This document shows, in pieces, positions 37,333 through 47,095 of a stretch of DNA of 64,000 nt. Origin of the DNA: an uncultured Candidatus Saccharibacteria bacterium (lineage in GTDB: Bacteria > Patescibacteriota > Minisyncoccia > Phycocordibacterales > UBA2100); assembly GCA_964545165.1 (NCBI GenBank), contig CAZJEQ010000001.1, forward strand, positions 65,971 to 129,970, in the 5' to 3' direction. The translations under genes and the position numbers were made by a program. The notes under the pieces are model-generated. The model was not told where the DNA came from, did no database searches, and saw only the letters and a program-made list of their open reading frames with translations. The first letter of the stretch is position 1. Each line of letters starts with the position of its first letter.

Positions 37333-38142
37333 ATGAAGTACTTCGACGCCCATACGCACACGAATTTCATCGCGTACAAAGACGATCGCGATGCGGTGAT
37401 GGTGCGTGCTCGCGATGCGGGCGTCGGGATGAATATTGTCGGCACACAGCTCGACACTTCACGCTCGGCCGTGGAGCTGGCACGGAAATATGACCACGCG
37501 TGGGCATCGATCGGCCTGCACCCGGTCCACACTGCACGGTCGTATCACGATACAAAAGAGCTCGGCGAAGGCGGGGAAGAATTTACCTCGCGCGGTGAGG
37601 TCTTCGATTTTGCCGCCTATGAAGCGCTCGGGCAGGATCCCAAAGTGATCGCCATCGGTGAGTGCGGCATGGATTACTACCGTGTCGAAGAGAAGACCAA
37701 AGAAGTGCAGTCTAAAGCGTTTATCGAGCAGATCGAGCTGGCGAATACATTGCATAAGCCGCTCATGCTCCATATCCGCAACGCCTACGACGATGCGATC
37801 GAGATCCTGAAGGCGCATGCCAAGGTGAAAGGCGACGTCCATTTCTTCGCGGGGGATTGGGGAGTTGCGAAACGCTTCCTCGATATGGGTTTCACCTTGT
37901 CTTTCACGGGTGTCGTCACTTTCACAGGTGATTACGACGAGGTGGTCAAGAATGCGCCGCTCGACATGCTACTCTCCGAGACCGACGCGCCCTACATCAC
38001 GCCGACCCCGCACCGCGGCAAACGCAATGAACCCGCCCATATCCCGCTGGTGGTGCAACGCATCGCCGAGATACGCGGCGAGGACGGCGAGGCGGTCGCC
38101 GCACAACTGCTCGCGAATGCACGACGAGTTTTCTCAATCTAA
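37333..38142 (+). CDS. tatD: TatD-family metal-dependent nuclease
   Basis: DAHTH, GLHP, IGECGMDY, LH.R, ETDAPY, RNEP. Confidence 0.95.
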   Translation: MKYFDAHTHTNFIAYKDDRDAVMVRARDAGVGMNIVGTQLDTSRSAVELARKYDHAWASIGLHPVHTARSYHDTKELGEGGEEFTSRGEVFDFAAYEALGQDPKVIAIGECGMDYYRVEEKTKEVQSKAFIEQIELANTLHKPLMLHIRNAYDDAIEILKAHAKVKGDVHFFAGDWGVAKRFLDMGFTLSFTGVVTFTGDYDEVVKNAPLDMLLSETDAPYITPTPHRGKRNEPAHIPLVVQRIAEIRGEDGEAVAAQLLANARRVFSI

Positions 38143-38203
38143 ATATTGCCACGCGCTATTTTGCGTGGTATAAATTCGCCCGGTTAACGAGGGAGAAACT
38201 GAG

Positions 38204-38860
38204 ATGGACGACACACTCGATCGGGTACAAGCGTCGACCGCTGTATCGGAGGCGTTCGCATTTGCTGCCGAGTTCTTCGGCTCGATGCCCGTCGTGAAGG
38301 CTCACACGCTTTTGGTCATGCCCGGGCAGGGCGAGAGGTCGCGCGTGGACGCCGCCGTTCGCGAATGGGAACGGCGGCAGCACAGCCGGCTCCTCATCGC
38401 CGGGATCAATCCGAAGGAGAAGACGTTCGAGGAGTACACGCACGCGACGCTTGCCGAGGCGCCGTATCGGCTGCGCTTTAATCCCGATCGTGTCACCGTG
38501 CAGCTCCGAGCCGGCAACACGCTCGACCAAGCCGAATGGGCAGTCGATCGAATCGTGGAGTACGGTCTGCGTGAGCAGGATGCCGTCGCCGTGATCGCAA
38601 CCTGGTACCATGCGCCGCGTGCGTACCTGACCGTCCTGAAGAGTCTGCGCAAGCGCAAGCTACGGATCGGGCTGTTGCCCATGTGGGTGTCCTGTCCGCC
38701 GGCGGACAACATCCCAGAGCCGGATCAGCATGGCGCCTTCCGGACGTACCGGCAGTCGGTCCCCGGTGAGTGGATGCGAATCCTCAAGTACAAGAACGAT
38801 GTCGCCTCGCTCGCAGAGCTGCGCGAGCACATCGACTGGATGCACTCCGTGTTGAGATGA
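38204..38860 (+). CDS. YdcF/DUF218-like protein
   Basis: NTLDQA and VIATWYHAPRA resemble the DUF218 motifs; SD GAGGGAG. Confidence 0.6.
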   Translation: MDDTLDRVQASTAVSEAFAFAAEFFGSMPVVKAHTLLVMPGQGERSRVDAAVREWERRQHSRLLIAGINPKEKTFEEYTHATLAEAPYRLRFNPDRVTVQLRAGNTLDQAEWAVDRIVEYGLREQDAVAVIATWYHAPRAYLTVLKSLRKRKLRIGLLPMWVSCPPADNIPEPDQHGAFRTYRQSVPGEWMRILKYKNDVASLAELREHIDWMHSVLR

Positions 38861-38944
38861 CCCGAGGCCCCCGACGTTCGCGTTGGGGGCCTCCGCTACG
38901 CCTTCTTGCCTAGAGACGGGTCTTTTGATAGAGTGCGCGGACTT

Positions 38945-39457
38945 ATGGCTGACGCAGTCATCGAAAACATGGAAGCCGAGACTGATCTCGGGACCTCTCG
39001 CATTTACGAGATTGGCTACATCATCGTCCCGACCGTTGCTGAAGACGCTGTCGAGCAGGCTGTTGCTGCCATCCGCACCCCGATTACCGATGCTGGCGGT
39101 TCCTTCATTGCTGAGGGTGCGCCGAGCCTCATGCGCCTCGCCTACGAGATGACCGCCCGCGAAGGCGACAAGAACGTCGATTACGACCGTGGCTACTTTG
39201 GCTGGCTCAAATTTGAGGGCTCGACCGAAATTGCTGAGAGCGTCGAAGCATCACTTCGCACCAATGCGCAGGTCCTCCGACACATCGTCTTCCGCACCGT
39301 CCGCGAGGATACGCGCGCCAAGATGAAGGCTCCGCACCTCCGCGAGGTCAAGGCATCGCCAAGTGCCCGCACCGCACCGCGCCGCGAGGAGGAGACAGCC
39401 GCACCGGTCTCTGAAGCAGATCTCGACAAGGCACTCGACGTGCTCACCAACGAGTAA
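38945..39457 (+). CDS. rpsF: 30S ribosomal protein S6 with extended tails
   Basis: YEIGYII.P, RLAYE, GYF, VLRH; rpsF-ssb-rpsR gene order. Confidence 0.9.
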   Translation: MADAVIENMEAETDLGTSRIYEIGYIIVPTVAEDAVEQAVAAIRTPITDAGGSFIAEGAPSLMRLAYEMTAREGDKNVDYDRGYFGWLKFEGSTEIAESVEASLRTNAQVLRHIVFRTVREDTRAKMKAPHLREVKASPSARTAPRREEETAAPVSEADLDKALDVLTNE

Positions 39458-39459
39458 GT

Positions 39460-39903
39460 ATGTACATCAACAAAGTGATTCTTTTCGGTAATCTCACGCG
39501 TGATCCGGAAATCCGTGCGCTCCCGAGCGGTATGAATGTCTGCAACTTCTCGATTGCGACGAACCGTGTCTACAAGGATCGCGATGGCAAGAAGCAGGAA
39601 CAGACCGATTTTCATAACGTCGTCGTCTTCGGTCGCCAGGCCGACACCGTCAATCAGTATCTGAAGAAGGGCAGCTCCGCATACATCGAAGGTCGTATGC
39701 AGACGCGCAGCTGGGACAAGGACGGGGTAAAACAGTACCGCACTGAAGTCGTCGCTGACTCTGTCCAGTTTGGCCCACGCTCTTCTGGTGGGGGAGGCGG
39801 TGGGGGTAGCCGCCAGCAGGATGAGCCGCAGCAAGATATGCCGCCGGCATCAGGCATCGATTATCCGAAAGACGACATTAACCCCGACGACATTCCTTTC
39901 TAA
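39460..39903 (+). CDS. ssb: Single-stranded DNA-binding protein
   Basis: NKVILFGNLTRDPE...DDIPF C-terminus. Confidence 0.97.
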   Translation: MYINKVILFGNLTRDPEIRALPSGMNVCNFSIATNRVYKDRDGKKQEQTDFHNVVVFGRQADTVNQYLKKGSSAYIEGRMQTRSWDKDGVKQYRTEVVADSVQFGPRSSGGGGGGGSRQQDEPQQDMPPASGIDYPKDDINPDDIPF

Positions 39904-39912
39904 GCACACGAT

Positions 39913-40110
39913 ATGGCAAACATTCTCACACAAAATGACATCCAGCACGTCGACTACAAGGACGTCGAATTGCTCAAGCAGTTCGTCAATCCCCACGGTC
40001 GCGTACTCGGTCGCAAGCGCTCTGGCCTCACCGCCAAGCAGCAGCGTGCAGTCGAGGCAGCAGTAAAGCGTGCGCGTTTTATGGGGCTTCTGCCTTTCAT
40101 CCAGAAGTAA
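39913..40110 (+). CDS. rpsR: 30S ribosomal protein S18
   Basis: DYKDVELLKQF, QR....AVKRARFMGLLPF. Confidence 0.96.
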   Translation: MANILTQNDIQHVDYKDVELLKQFVNPHGRVLGRKRSGLTAKQQRAVEAAVKRARFMGLLPFIQK

Positions 40111-40327
40111 AAAGAAAACCGGCGAAAGCCGGTCTTTTTATTTCTGGATGAAGAACGCGAAGCGTTTGTAAGGCAGAAGCGGCCGGAGCTGGGGCCCAAG
40201 CGCGACGGCGCTTGGGATAGCGAGGCGGGCCCGGCGTGCGACCCGCAGCAGCGGGTCGACATGTGGGGTGCTGCCTTTCATCCAGAAATAAAGAAAAAAG
40301 CCCGGTCCACTGACCGGGCTTTTTCTT
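40111..40327 (+). repeat. Structured element downstream of rpsR carrying inverted and direct copies of the rpsR 3' end
   Basis: Hairpin 40118-40133; inverted copy 40133-40180 interrupted by an aacgc-GAA-gcgtt mini-hairpin; two-hairpin core 40181-40263; direct copy 40264-40291; terminator 40295-40327. Confidence 0.88.
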
Positions 40328-40344
40328 ATGGAGTGTGTTTTCTC

Positions 40345-40911
40345 TTAGAGACGCTCAACGTAGCTACCACTCTCCGTATTCACGCGGACAGTATCACCGG
40401 CCTCGACGAACATTGGCACGGTGAGATTGGCGCCAGTCTCGAGCACGACGACTTTGTCGCCACCCTGCGCGGTGTTGCCGCGATTGTTCGGCGGCGCTTC
40501 CTTAACCTTGAGATCCATCTTGATCGGGAGGCGCACCTGGATCATCTCATCATCAAACCACAGCGTCTGCACCTCGGTATTCGCCGTGAGGAATTTCGCA
40601 GCATCGCCGAGCATATCCTCGCTCGCGGTGAAGCGCTGGGACTTGTCCTTGGCATCATGGAAGAAATACTCGCCATTGCGCTCGTAGATGAAGACAGACG
40701 TCTTCGTTTCTGTTTCGGCCTCTTCGATCTTGTCGGAGACGTGGAAGGTCATTTCGGTGGTCGATCCGGTCTTGAGATTACGGATCTTGGCCTGATTTAC
40801 CGGCTTACGCTGTTGTTTGCGGAATACCCAAGCAGAGACGACCTCGTAGGGCTCGCCATCGACGATAATAAGGCGCTTCGGGAGCACTTCGTTGTATGCA
40901 AGCATCGACAT
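40345..40911 (-). CDS. efp: Elongation factor P
   Basis: DGEPY.V, RNLKTG, P...RG.TAQGG.K...LETG...VP.FV..GD.V.VNT..G.YVER. Confidence 0.95.
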   Translation of the reverse strand: MSMLAYNEVLPKRLIIVDGEPYEVVSAWVFRKQQRKPVNQAKIRNLKTGSTTEMTFHVSDKIEEAETETKTSVFIYERNGEYFFHDAKDKSQRFTASEDMLGDAAKFLTANTEVQTLWFDDEMIQVRLPIKMDLKVKEAPPNNRGNTAQGGDKVVVLETGANLTVPMFVEAGDTVRVNTESGSYVERL

Positions 40912-40948
40912 AGTGGGCGTATTTTAGCCAAATAAACGTTCCTGTCCA

Positions 40949-41326
40949 CTAGCCCAGGACTTTGATAAGTGCGTACTTTTCGTTGTGGAAGGTACCGAAT
41001 CCTTGTTTTTCGAAGAATTCCACGGCACCGGTAATCGAGAGGACCTCGTACACCTCCTTTTCTTTGGCCCATGCGACGCAGGTGTCGACGAGCGCACTCG
41101 CGATGCCTTTGCCCTGATGGTCGGCATGGACGGCGAGAGAGCGGATCTCGGCGAGGCGCTGCGAGTAGATCTCGAGCGCGCAGCAGCCGATGATCGCGCC
41201 GTCTTCCTCAGCGACGAAGAATTCGTGCGGCTCAGGCAGGTGATCCTGCACGAGCTGATCAGGGAAGGATCGTATGAGTGTGAGAATAGCGGGCCAGTCC
41301 GCGGGCTCAGCCTTACGGATTTCCAT
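40949..41326 (-). CDS. GNAT acetyltransferase (short ArgA-like)
   Basis: IIGCCAL, AEIRSLAV....QGKGI, FFEKQGF. Confidence 0.85.
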   Translation of the reverse strand: MEIRKAEPADWPAILTLIRSFPDQLVQDHLPEPHEFFVAEEDGAIIGCCALEIYSQRLAEIRSLAVHADHQGKGIASALVDTCVAWAKEKEVYEVLSITGAVEFFEKQGFGTFHNEKYALIKVLG

Positions 41327-41327
41327 A

Positions 41328-42398
41328 TTACTCGTCAGCACCGTCAGCAGGGCCCTTGGTAGGGACGCCACCATCTTGGAGACCTTTGCGAATGTCCTTG
41401 AGAAGGGCGTTGAGTACCGGCTTGTTCTCGCGCAGGAAGGTACGCGCCGCATCGTAGCCACGACCCATCTTGGTCTCGCCGATGGTGTACGAGCCGCCCG
41501 ATGATTTCTCGACCAGGCCGAGCTTCTCGCCAAGCGCGATTGCTTCGCCTTCTTTCGAGATGCCTTCGCCGTAGAGCATATCGAATTCGGTCTGGCGGAA
41601 TGGTGCCGCGATTTTATTCTTCACGATCTTGACGCGATGCCTGCCGCCCATGACCTCGTCGCCCTTTTTGATCTGTGCGATGCGGCGGATATCGATACGT
41701 ACCGACGTGTAGAATTTCAGCGCCTTGCCGCCTGGCGTCGTCTCGGGGTTGCCAAACATCACGCCGATCTGCATACGAATCTGGTTGATGAAAATGACGA
41801 TGGTTTTGGTCTTCGAGACGATGGCCGTGAGCTTGCGCAGTGCCTGTGACATGAGGCGTGCCTGCTTGCCGACGTGCTGTGCACCCATGTCACCCTCGAT
41901 TTCGTCTTTGGGGGTGAGCGCTGCGACGGAGTCGATGACGATGACATCGATCTTGCCGGAGCGCACGAGGCTCTCGACAATTTCGAGTGCCTGCTCGCCG
42001 GTATCTGGCTGCGAGACGAGGAGCGTCGAGATGTCGACACCGAGCTTCTTCGCATACTCAGGATCGAGTGCATGCTCCGCGTCGATAAATGCGCAGATGC
42101 CGTTCTTCTTTTGCGCTTCTGCAATCACGTGGAGCGAGAGCGTTGTTTTGCCGGATGATTCTGGTCCGAAGACTTCGATGATGCGGCCACGGGGGAGTCC
42201 GCCGATGCCGAGCGCCCAATCGACGCCGATAGATCCGGTGGGGATCGCATTTACATCCACCTTGGGCGTGGCACCGAGCATCATGATGCTGTCGTCGCCG
42301 AATTTGGTTTTGATATCAGAAAGCGCGCGTTCGATGTCTTTGTCGGTCCCAGTGCCCGTCGTTTTCGGAGGGGCTTTTTCCTTTTTTGTTACAGCCAT
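41328..42398 (-). CDS. recA: Recombinase RecA
   Basis: [37 protein letters not shown]. Confidence 0.99.
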   Translation of the reverse strand: MAVTKKEKAPPKTTGTGTDKDIERALSDIKTKFGDDSIMMLGATPKVDVNAIPTGSIGVDWALGIGGLPRGRIIEVFGPESSGKTTLSLHVIAEAQKKNGICAFIDAEHALDPEYAKKLGVDISTLLVSQPDTGEQALEIVESLVRSGKIDVIVIDSVAALTPKDEIEGDMGAQHVGKQARLMSQALRKLTAIVSKTKTIVIFINQIRMQIGVMFGNPETTPGGKALKFYTSVRIDIRRIAQIKKGDEVMGGRHRVKIVKNKIAAPFRQTEFDMLYGEGISKEGEAIALGEKLGLVEKSSGGSYTIGETKMGRGYDAARTFLRENKPVLNALLKDIRKGLQDGGVPTKGPADGADE

Positions 42399-42513
42399 AG
42401 AGCCAGTATACAGGCCTCAAAATAGGCAGTTATCCCCACCGGTAGACGCCCTCTGAAGACTCTGTTACCGTCGAAAAAGGCCAAACCCCTTGGTCTGAAT
42501 TTCACGGAGGACG

Positions 42514-42867
42514 TTGGCAATGGAGACTTTTGGCATCATCGGCGCGATGTCCGAGGCAGGACAACAGGCGATCGCACAATTGCAGCGCAAGAACGCCCCG
42601 CTCCACCTCGCGCGACTCTTCGAGACACCGGAGCGTTTCGAGGAGAAGCAGCGTCTGCGCGTTCCACACCGGTTCATTCCGGTCGAGAAGTTCGACCCGA
42701 AGGTGTTGCCGACCCTGCAGGTCGCGATCTTCTGCACCACCGGCGAGTTCTACCGCGAACACCTGCACGCTGCGCGTGACGTCGGCTGTGAGGTCTACTA
42801 TGCGACTCAGAACGGCGTGAACCTTGAGACCATCAGCCGACTGCAGGCTCTTGCTCAAAGCGCGTGA
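42514..42867 (+). CDS. Orphan hypothetical protein
   Basis: SD GGAGG; divergent from recA; terminator at about 42892-42918. Confidence 0.55.
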   Translation: MAMETFGIIGAMSEAGQQAIAQLQRKNAPLHLARLFETPERFEEKQRLRVPHRFIPVEKFDPKVLPTLQVAIFCTTGEFYREHLHAARDVGCEVYYATQNGVNLETISRLQALAQSA

Positions 42868-42917
42868 ATACGCGCACCCATGTGAAGGGGAGAAGCCGCC
42901 CACTGAGGCGGCTTTTT

Positions 42918-43346
42918 CTATTGCGCAGTCGTTGTGGCGGTCGAGGTGGCAGTCACGTTTGTTTCAACAGTTGTAGTCGCAGTGGGAGCGATCGGCTCGT
43001 CGGCAGGCGTGTAGACGACCTGCATCACGCTCTGACGTGAGCGGCCGTATTTGTCGGTGGCGTCGAGCAAGATGCGATTGAGGCCAGGCGAGAGGAGGTA
43101 GGGTTCGTCGAATTCGCCCTGTTCCGTGACGGGGATTTGCTTGCCGTTGAGCGAGAGGCTGGAGATGCGATCCGCCTTGCCTTTGATGCGAATAAACGGC
43201 TCGTGGACCTCTTGTGATTCTGTAGGAAGATTTATTTTCGGACCAAAGAGAAGTCCTCGGCTCTCGTAGTACGCGTAGATGATCACGACAACGAAAAAGA
43301 CAACGAGTGCGATTTGGGTGAGGCGGGAATCTCGATAGGGAAGCAT
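42918..43346 (-). CDS. Membrane-anchored Ig-like domain protein with a Thr-rich tail
   Basis: TM helix then I.GKA...L.LNG..I.....G.F.....L.PG.N.I.L.A.D..G. Confidence 0.75.
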   Translation of the reverse strand: MLPYRDSRLTQIALVVFFVVVIIYAYYESRGLLFGPKINLPTESQEVHEPFIRIKGKADRISSLSLNGKQIPVTEQGEFDEPYLLSPGLNRILLDATDKYGRSRQSVMQVVYTPADEPIAPTATTTVETNVTATSTATTTAQ

Positions 43347-43352
43347 ATCGAG

Positions 43353-45563
43353 CTAATATTGGGTTTCATCGCTCTCCTCAGGCGGTGCTTTGGCCAATTC
43401 ATCTGCATTGCCGGCACCAATGATGTCGCGGGGCTTGGCGCCATCTGCGGGGCCAATGACTCCGCGATCCTCCAAGAGATCCATGAGTCGTGCTGCGCGT
43501 GCGTAGCCGACGCCGAGTTTGCGTTGGAGGTAGGAGGTAGAGGCTTTACCGGCCTCAATGACCGTTTTCTTAGCCCCCGGGTAGAGATCATCATCGTCAT
43601 CTCCGCCTTCAGGATTTCCTTCCATAGATGAGAAGACCGCGTCGATGCCACTGCCGACCTTGGCGGCATCGTTGAAGTCGATTTCGCTCGGTGCCTCTGA
43701 GCCGTTGTGCTTGGCGATGAATTCCACGACTTTTTTGACCTCGTCTTCGGAGATATATGGCGCCTGGATACGACGCGGCTTCGACATTTCGCCCGAGAGG
43801 AAGAGCATGTCGCCCGCACCGAGGAGTTTCTCTGCACCACCGGTGTCCAAAATGGTGCGTGAGTCGATCTGCGAGGCGACCTGGAGTGCGAGGCGCGCGG
43901 GAATGTTGGCCTTGATGAGGCCGGTGATGACCTTGACCGACGGGCGCTGTGTGGAGAGGATGAGGTGGATACCGACCGCACGGCTCATTTGCGCAAGACG
44001 CACGATGCCCGCCTCCATTTCGCGGGGATAGGACTGCATGATATCCGCCAATTCGTCGATGATGAGGACGATATACGGCATTGCCTCGGGGAGTGGCTTG
44101 TCCGAATTCTTGCTTGCCTTGGCGAGTGCGGGCGCGAGGATGTTTTCGTGATACGAAGCGATGTCGCGCACCTTTTCTGCCTCGAGAATGTTGTAGCGGC
44201 GATCCATTTCCTTCGCTGCCCACTTCATGGCGAGGATGGCTTTCTTGGGATCGGTGATGACCGGCGTCAGGAGGTGCGGAATCGGGTTATAGAGCGTGAG
44301 CTCGACGCGTTTTGGGTCCACCATGATAAATCGTAGACGCTCTGGTCCGCAGCGGTAGAGGAGCGAGATGATGATGTCGTTAATCGTGACCGATTTACCG
44401 GCGCCGGTCGTACCTGCGACGAGCATGTGTGGCATCTTCGCAATATCCGCAAAGACCGGCGCGCCGTTGATGGCGCGGCCAAGGCCGGCGAGAAGTGGCT
44501 TGTCGGAGCTTGCAAACTGCTCGTCTGAGACGATCGGGCCCATGCCAAGTGTGGTGCGAGCAATGTTCGGCACTTCGATGCCCACCAGTGATTTGCCCGG
44601 AATCGGTGCCTCGATGCGTACCGGCGAAGCAGCGAGCGCGAGCTCGAGATTGCTCTGAAGTGCGACGATCTTCGCGAGACGCACGCCCTCAGCGGGCTTC
44701 ATGGCGTAGCGAGTGACCGTCGGACCAATCGACGCCTCATCCATTTCGACTTGAATGCCGAAATTCTGCAGCGTGCGCTTGATGATGTTCATGTTGGCCT
44801 TCACGTCGCCCACCTCTGGCTTGCCTTTGTTTTTGGCAAGCAGGTTTGCTGGCGGTGGCACATATGCGCTACCCGTCGCGAGAATGACAGGGAAGCCATC
44901 CTGCGGGGGCGCCTCGGTAAAGCTCTTCACCGGCGCGTCCTTTTTCAGTATCGGCTTTTCTTCCGGCTCCATATCATCGTCGTGCGTATCGAGCGGGAGC
45001 CCGACTACCGGCACGTCTTCGAGCGGCTTTTCGATCAGACCCTCCTCGTCGGTCTTCAGTGCAAACATCGCGCGGATCTTTGTGAAGAGTTCCGTGAGCT
45101 TGATATCAAAAGCGATAATGAGCGAGACGACGATAAAAGACAGAAGGAAGATAACGGTAATCGGGGTGTCGACGGCTGCGACGATCGGGTTCGCTATGGC
45201 AGAGCCGAGCACACCGCCGCGGCCAGCTGCAACGAGATTTACCAGTCCCAATCCAGATAGAAGAAAGATCGCCATCGAGACCCCTTGCACCCACCCGAAG
45301 CTCTTTTCGAGCGCGCGGAAAATAAGGACCGACACCATGATCATCGAGAGCGGGAGCAGCATGTAGCCCAGCCCCAAGATCCAGCTGAGTCCCTCGAATG
45401 TCGCCGAGCCAAGTGTGCCGCCGAGCCCGAAGGCAGCCAAGATCAGCGCCAGGGCAACAGCCGAGAGCAGTATCGCAAAGACGCCTCGAAGTGCTTCACC
45501 GCTCACCGTCTGCGCGAGCGACTCCGTCTCAGGCTTTCGTTTCCCATTTTTCTTTGCAGCCAT
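43353..45563 (-). CDS. ftsK: DNA translocase FtsK/SpoIIIE
   Basis: N-terminal TM helices, PHMLVAGTTGAGKS, IIDELAD, gamma domain STSYLQRKL.VGYARAAR. Confidence 0.97.
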   Translation of the reverse strand: MAAKKNGKRKPETESLAQTVSGEALRGVFAILLSAVALALILAAFGLGGTLGSATFEGLSWILGLGYMLLPLSMIMVSVLIFRALEKSFGWVQGVSMAIFLLSGLGLVNLVAAGRGGVLGSAIANPIVAAVDTPITVIFLLSFIVVSLIIAFDIKLTELFTKIRAMFALKTDEEGLIEKPLEDVPVVGLPLDTHDDDMEPEEKPILKKDAPVKSFTEAPPQDGFPVILATGSAYVPPPANLLAKNKGKPEVGDVKANMNIIKRTLQNFGIQVEMDEASIGPTVTRYAMKPAEGVRLAKIVALQSNLELALAASPVRIEAPIPGKSLVGIEVPNIARTTLGMGPIVSDEQFASSDKPLLAGLGRAINGAPVFADIAKMPHMLVAGTTGAGKSVTINDIIISLLYRCGPERLRFIMVDPKRVELTLYNPIPHLLTPVITDPKKAILAMKWAAKEMDRRYNILEAEKVRDIASYHENILAPALAKASKNSDKPLPEAMPYIVLIIDELADIMQSYPREMEAGIVRLAQMSRAVGIHLILSTQRPSVKVITGLIKANIPARLALQVASQIDSRTILDTGGAEKLLGAGDMLFLSGEMSKPRRIQAPYISEDEVKKVVEFIAKHNGSEAPSEIDFNDAAKVGSGIDAVFSSMEGNPEGGDDDDDLYPGAKKTVIEAGKASTSYLQRKLGVGYARAARLMDLLEDRGVIGPADGAKPRDIIGAGNADELAKAPPEESDETQY

Positions 45564-45738
45564 CGTGATAATGATAGCACGCAAGAAAAGGCAAACGGGC
45601 GCTGAGATACGGGCTTTTTCACGGATTCTAAGACGCGTCAAAATATGCACGGTTGTTGTTGCGTCTGAGCCATGTCCTTATATAATAGACATGTAATCAA
45701 CTCGTCTGAGACGCTAAGGGACATTACATAAAATTACA

Positions 45739-46518
45739 ATGGACGAGATAAAGGACACACAAAAGACAGATTCTATATCCCGCTTTATTGACGGACATTC
45801 AGTCCGTACGAACCCTTTTGGTGACAACAAAGCAGGTGATCGCGCGTATCGTAGGGCAGAGCGCATCACCGCAGCCATCCACCTCCTCACCAATCACATT
45901 GATGGGGATGAGCCTGTCTGCAGCGCCATACGCACGGGTGCCGTTGATCTACTTCAGTACATGCTCGAGCTTCGCAGTGAGATGCGATCATCGCAGTCGA
46001 GCATCTTTACTCGTGTGCAAGCAAAGATTCGCCACCTGATTTCACTCATACGAATCCTCACGGTTTCCGGATACGTGTCTATCCAGAATGCGACGACCAT
46101 GGTCGAGGCGCTTGATGAGCTTGGCAATTTTCTTACGGCATCGCAGCGCTCCATACTCTCGGAGAGTGTCGCACTTTCGCGCGAAGACCTACTTGACGTA
46201 CGTACTTCTGGAAGCAAAGCACCGAGCCGTAGCGTAAAGGACATAAGGGACACAGTGAGTCTGAAAGACGATCATCGTGATCATGACGCTGACAAGTCGT
46301 CTGTTAAATCTGCAGATACTAATGGACTGGTATCGGTCAGAGCGCAAAGTATTGTCGAAACACTCCAGAGCGGGGGCGTTATGGGTATTAAGGACATCTG
46401 CGCCAATTTGCCCGAGTACAGCGAAAAGATGATTCAGCGTGAGCTTGCTGAGATGGTAGAGAGCGGAAAAGTGCGAAAATCGGGCCTCAAACGTTGGAGT
46501 CGCTACTCCGTTGCGTAG
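45739..46518 (+). CDS. Hypothetical DNA-binding protein: N-terminal helical bundle + C-terminal winged HTH
   Basis: IKDI...LP.YSEKMIQREL..MV.SG.V.K.G.KRWSRY is a DeoR-like wHTH. Confidence 0.75.
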   Translation: MDEIKDTQKTDSISRFIDGHSVRTNPFGDNKAGDRAYRRAERITAAIHLLTNHIDGDEPVCSAIRTGAVDLLQYMLELRSEMRSSQSSIFTRVQAKIRHLISLIRILTVSGYVSIQNATTMVEALDELGNFLTASQRSILSESVALSREDLLDVRTSGSKAPSRSVKDIRDTVSLKDDHRDHDADKSSVKSADTNGLVSVRAQSIVETLQSGGVMGIKDICANLPEYSEKMIQRELAEMVESGKVRKSGLKRWSRYSVA

Positions 46519-46682
46519 CACGAGATATCGTGGCCTTATAAGGCTGCGAAATCACATGAAGGTCTCTTGAAATGAAGGGGCCAGTGGCCCGTCTATATTA
46601 TTGACTCCATTGCGGGGCTGGAGTAGGCTAAGGCCTCGCTTGGGTCATAAATGTGGCGGTAATACGCCCTTTTTTGCCCAAG

Positions 46683-46691
46683 TTATCCACA
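46683..46691 (+). promoter_or_regulatory. Consensus DnaA box TTATCCACA
   Basis: Exact 9-mer in the long intergenic region upstream of the S-layer-like gene. Confidence 0.5.
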
Positions 46692-47095
46692 AAACGCCAG
46701 AGTGCCTAAAGCGCCTTGCGTATTGTGTCACGTATAATTGCGCTTGATGCAGTGAATGCATCTACAAAGCGCAACACGCTTCGTTGTTCATTGACATTTC
46801 AATATTGATTACGATTTCCGGGTGTAGCACACCCAATTCTTCATGAGAGTAAATGCTCATGAATGTTTTCTGCATGGCCGCTTTGTCCGGATACGATAGA
46901 AAGACTGATACGAAAGATTCCCTTCTCGCTGCTAATCCCAGACTCCGCGTCGACATTATTAAAGGAGTAGGGGCTAGCATAATTATTAGTTTTCTTTTTT
47001 CTCACGAAAGAAGAAAGCACAACGCTGACATTTTCACGTCGAATGAATTTGAAAGCGGTCTCGATTTAATCGAGATAACAAGTCAACATCAAACT

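Noticed and set aside
46519-47095. Replication origin
   Set aside because: Only one perfect DnaA box and no dnaA or dnaN in the window; cannot be supported.
46853-47095. N-terminal extension of the S-layer-like ORF (and of 50463..51641)
   Set aside because: The signal peptide or TM anchor begins at ATG 47096 and ATG 50874 respectively; the upstream in-frame sequence is intergenic or overlaps another gene.
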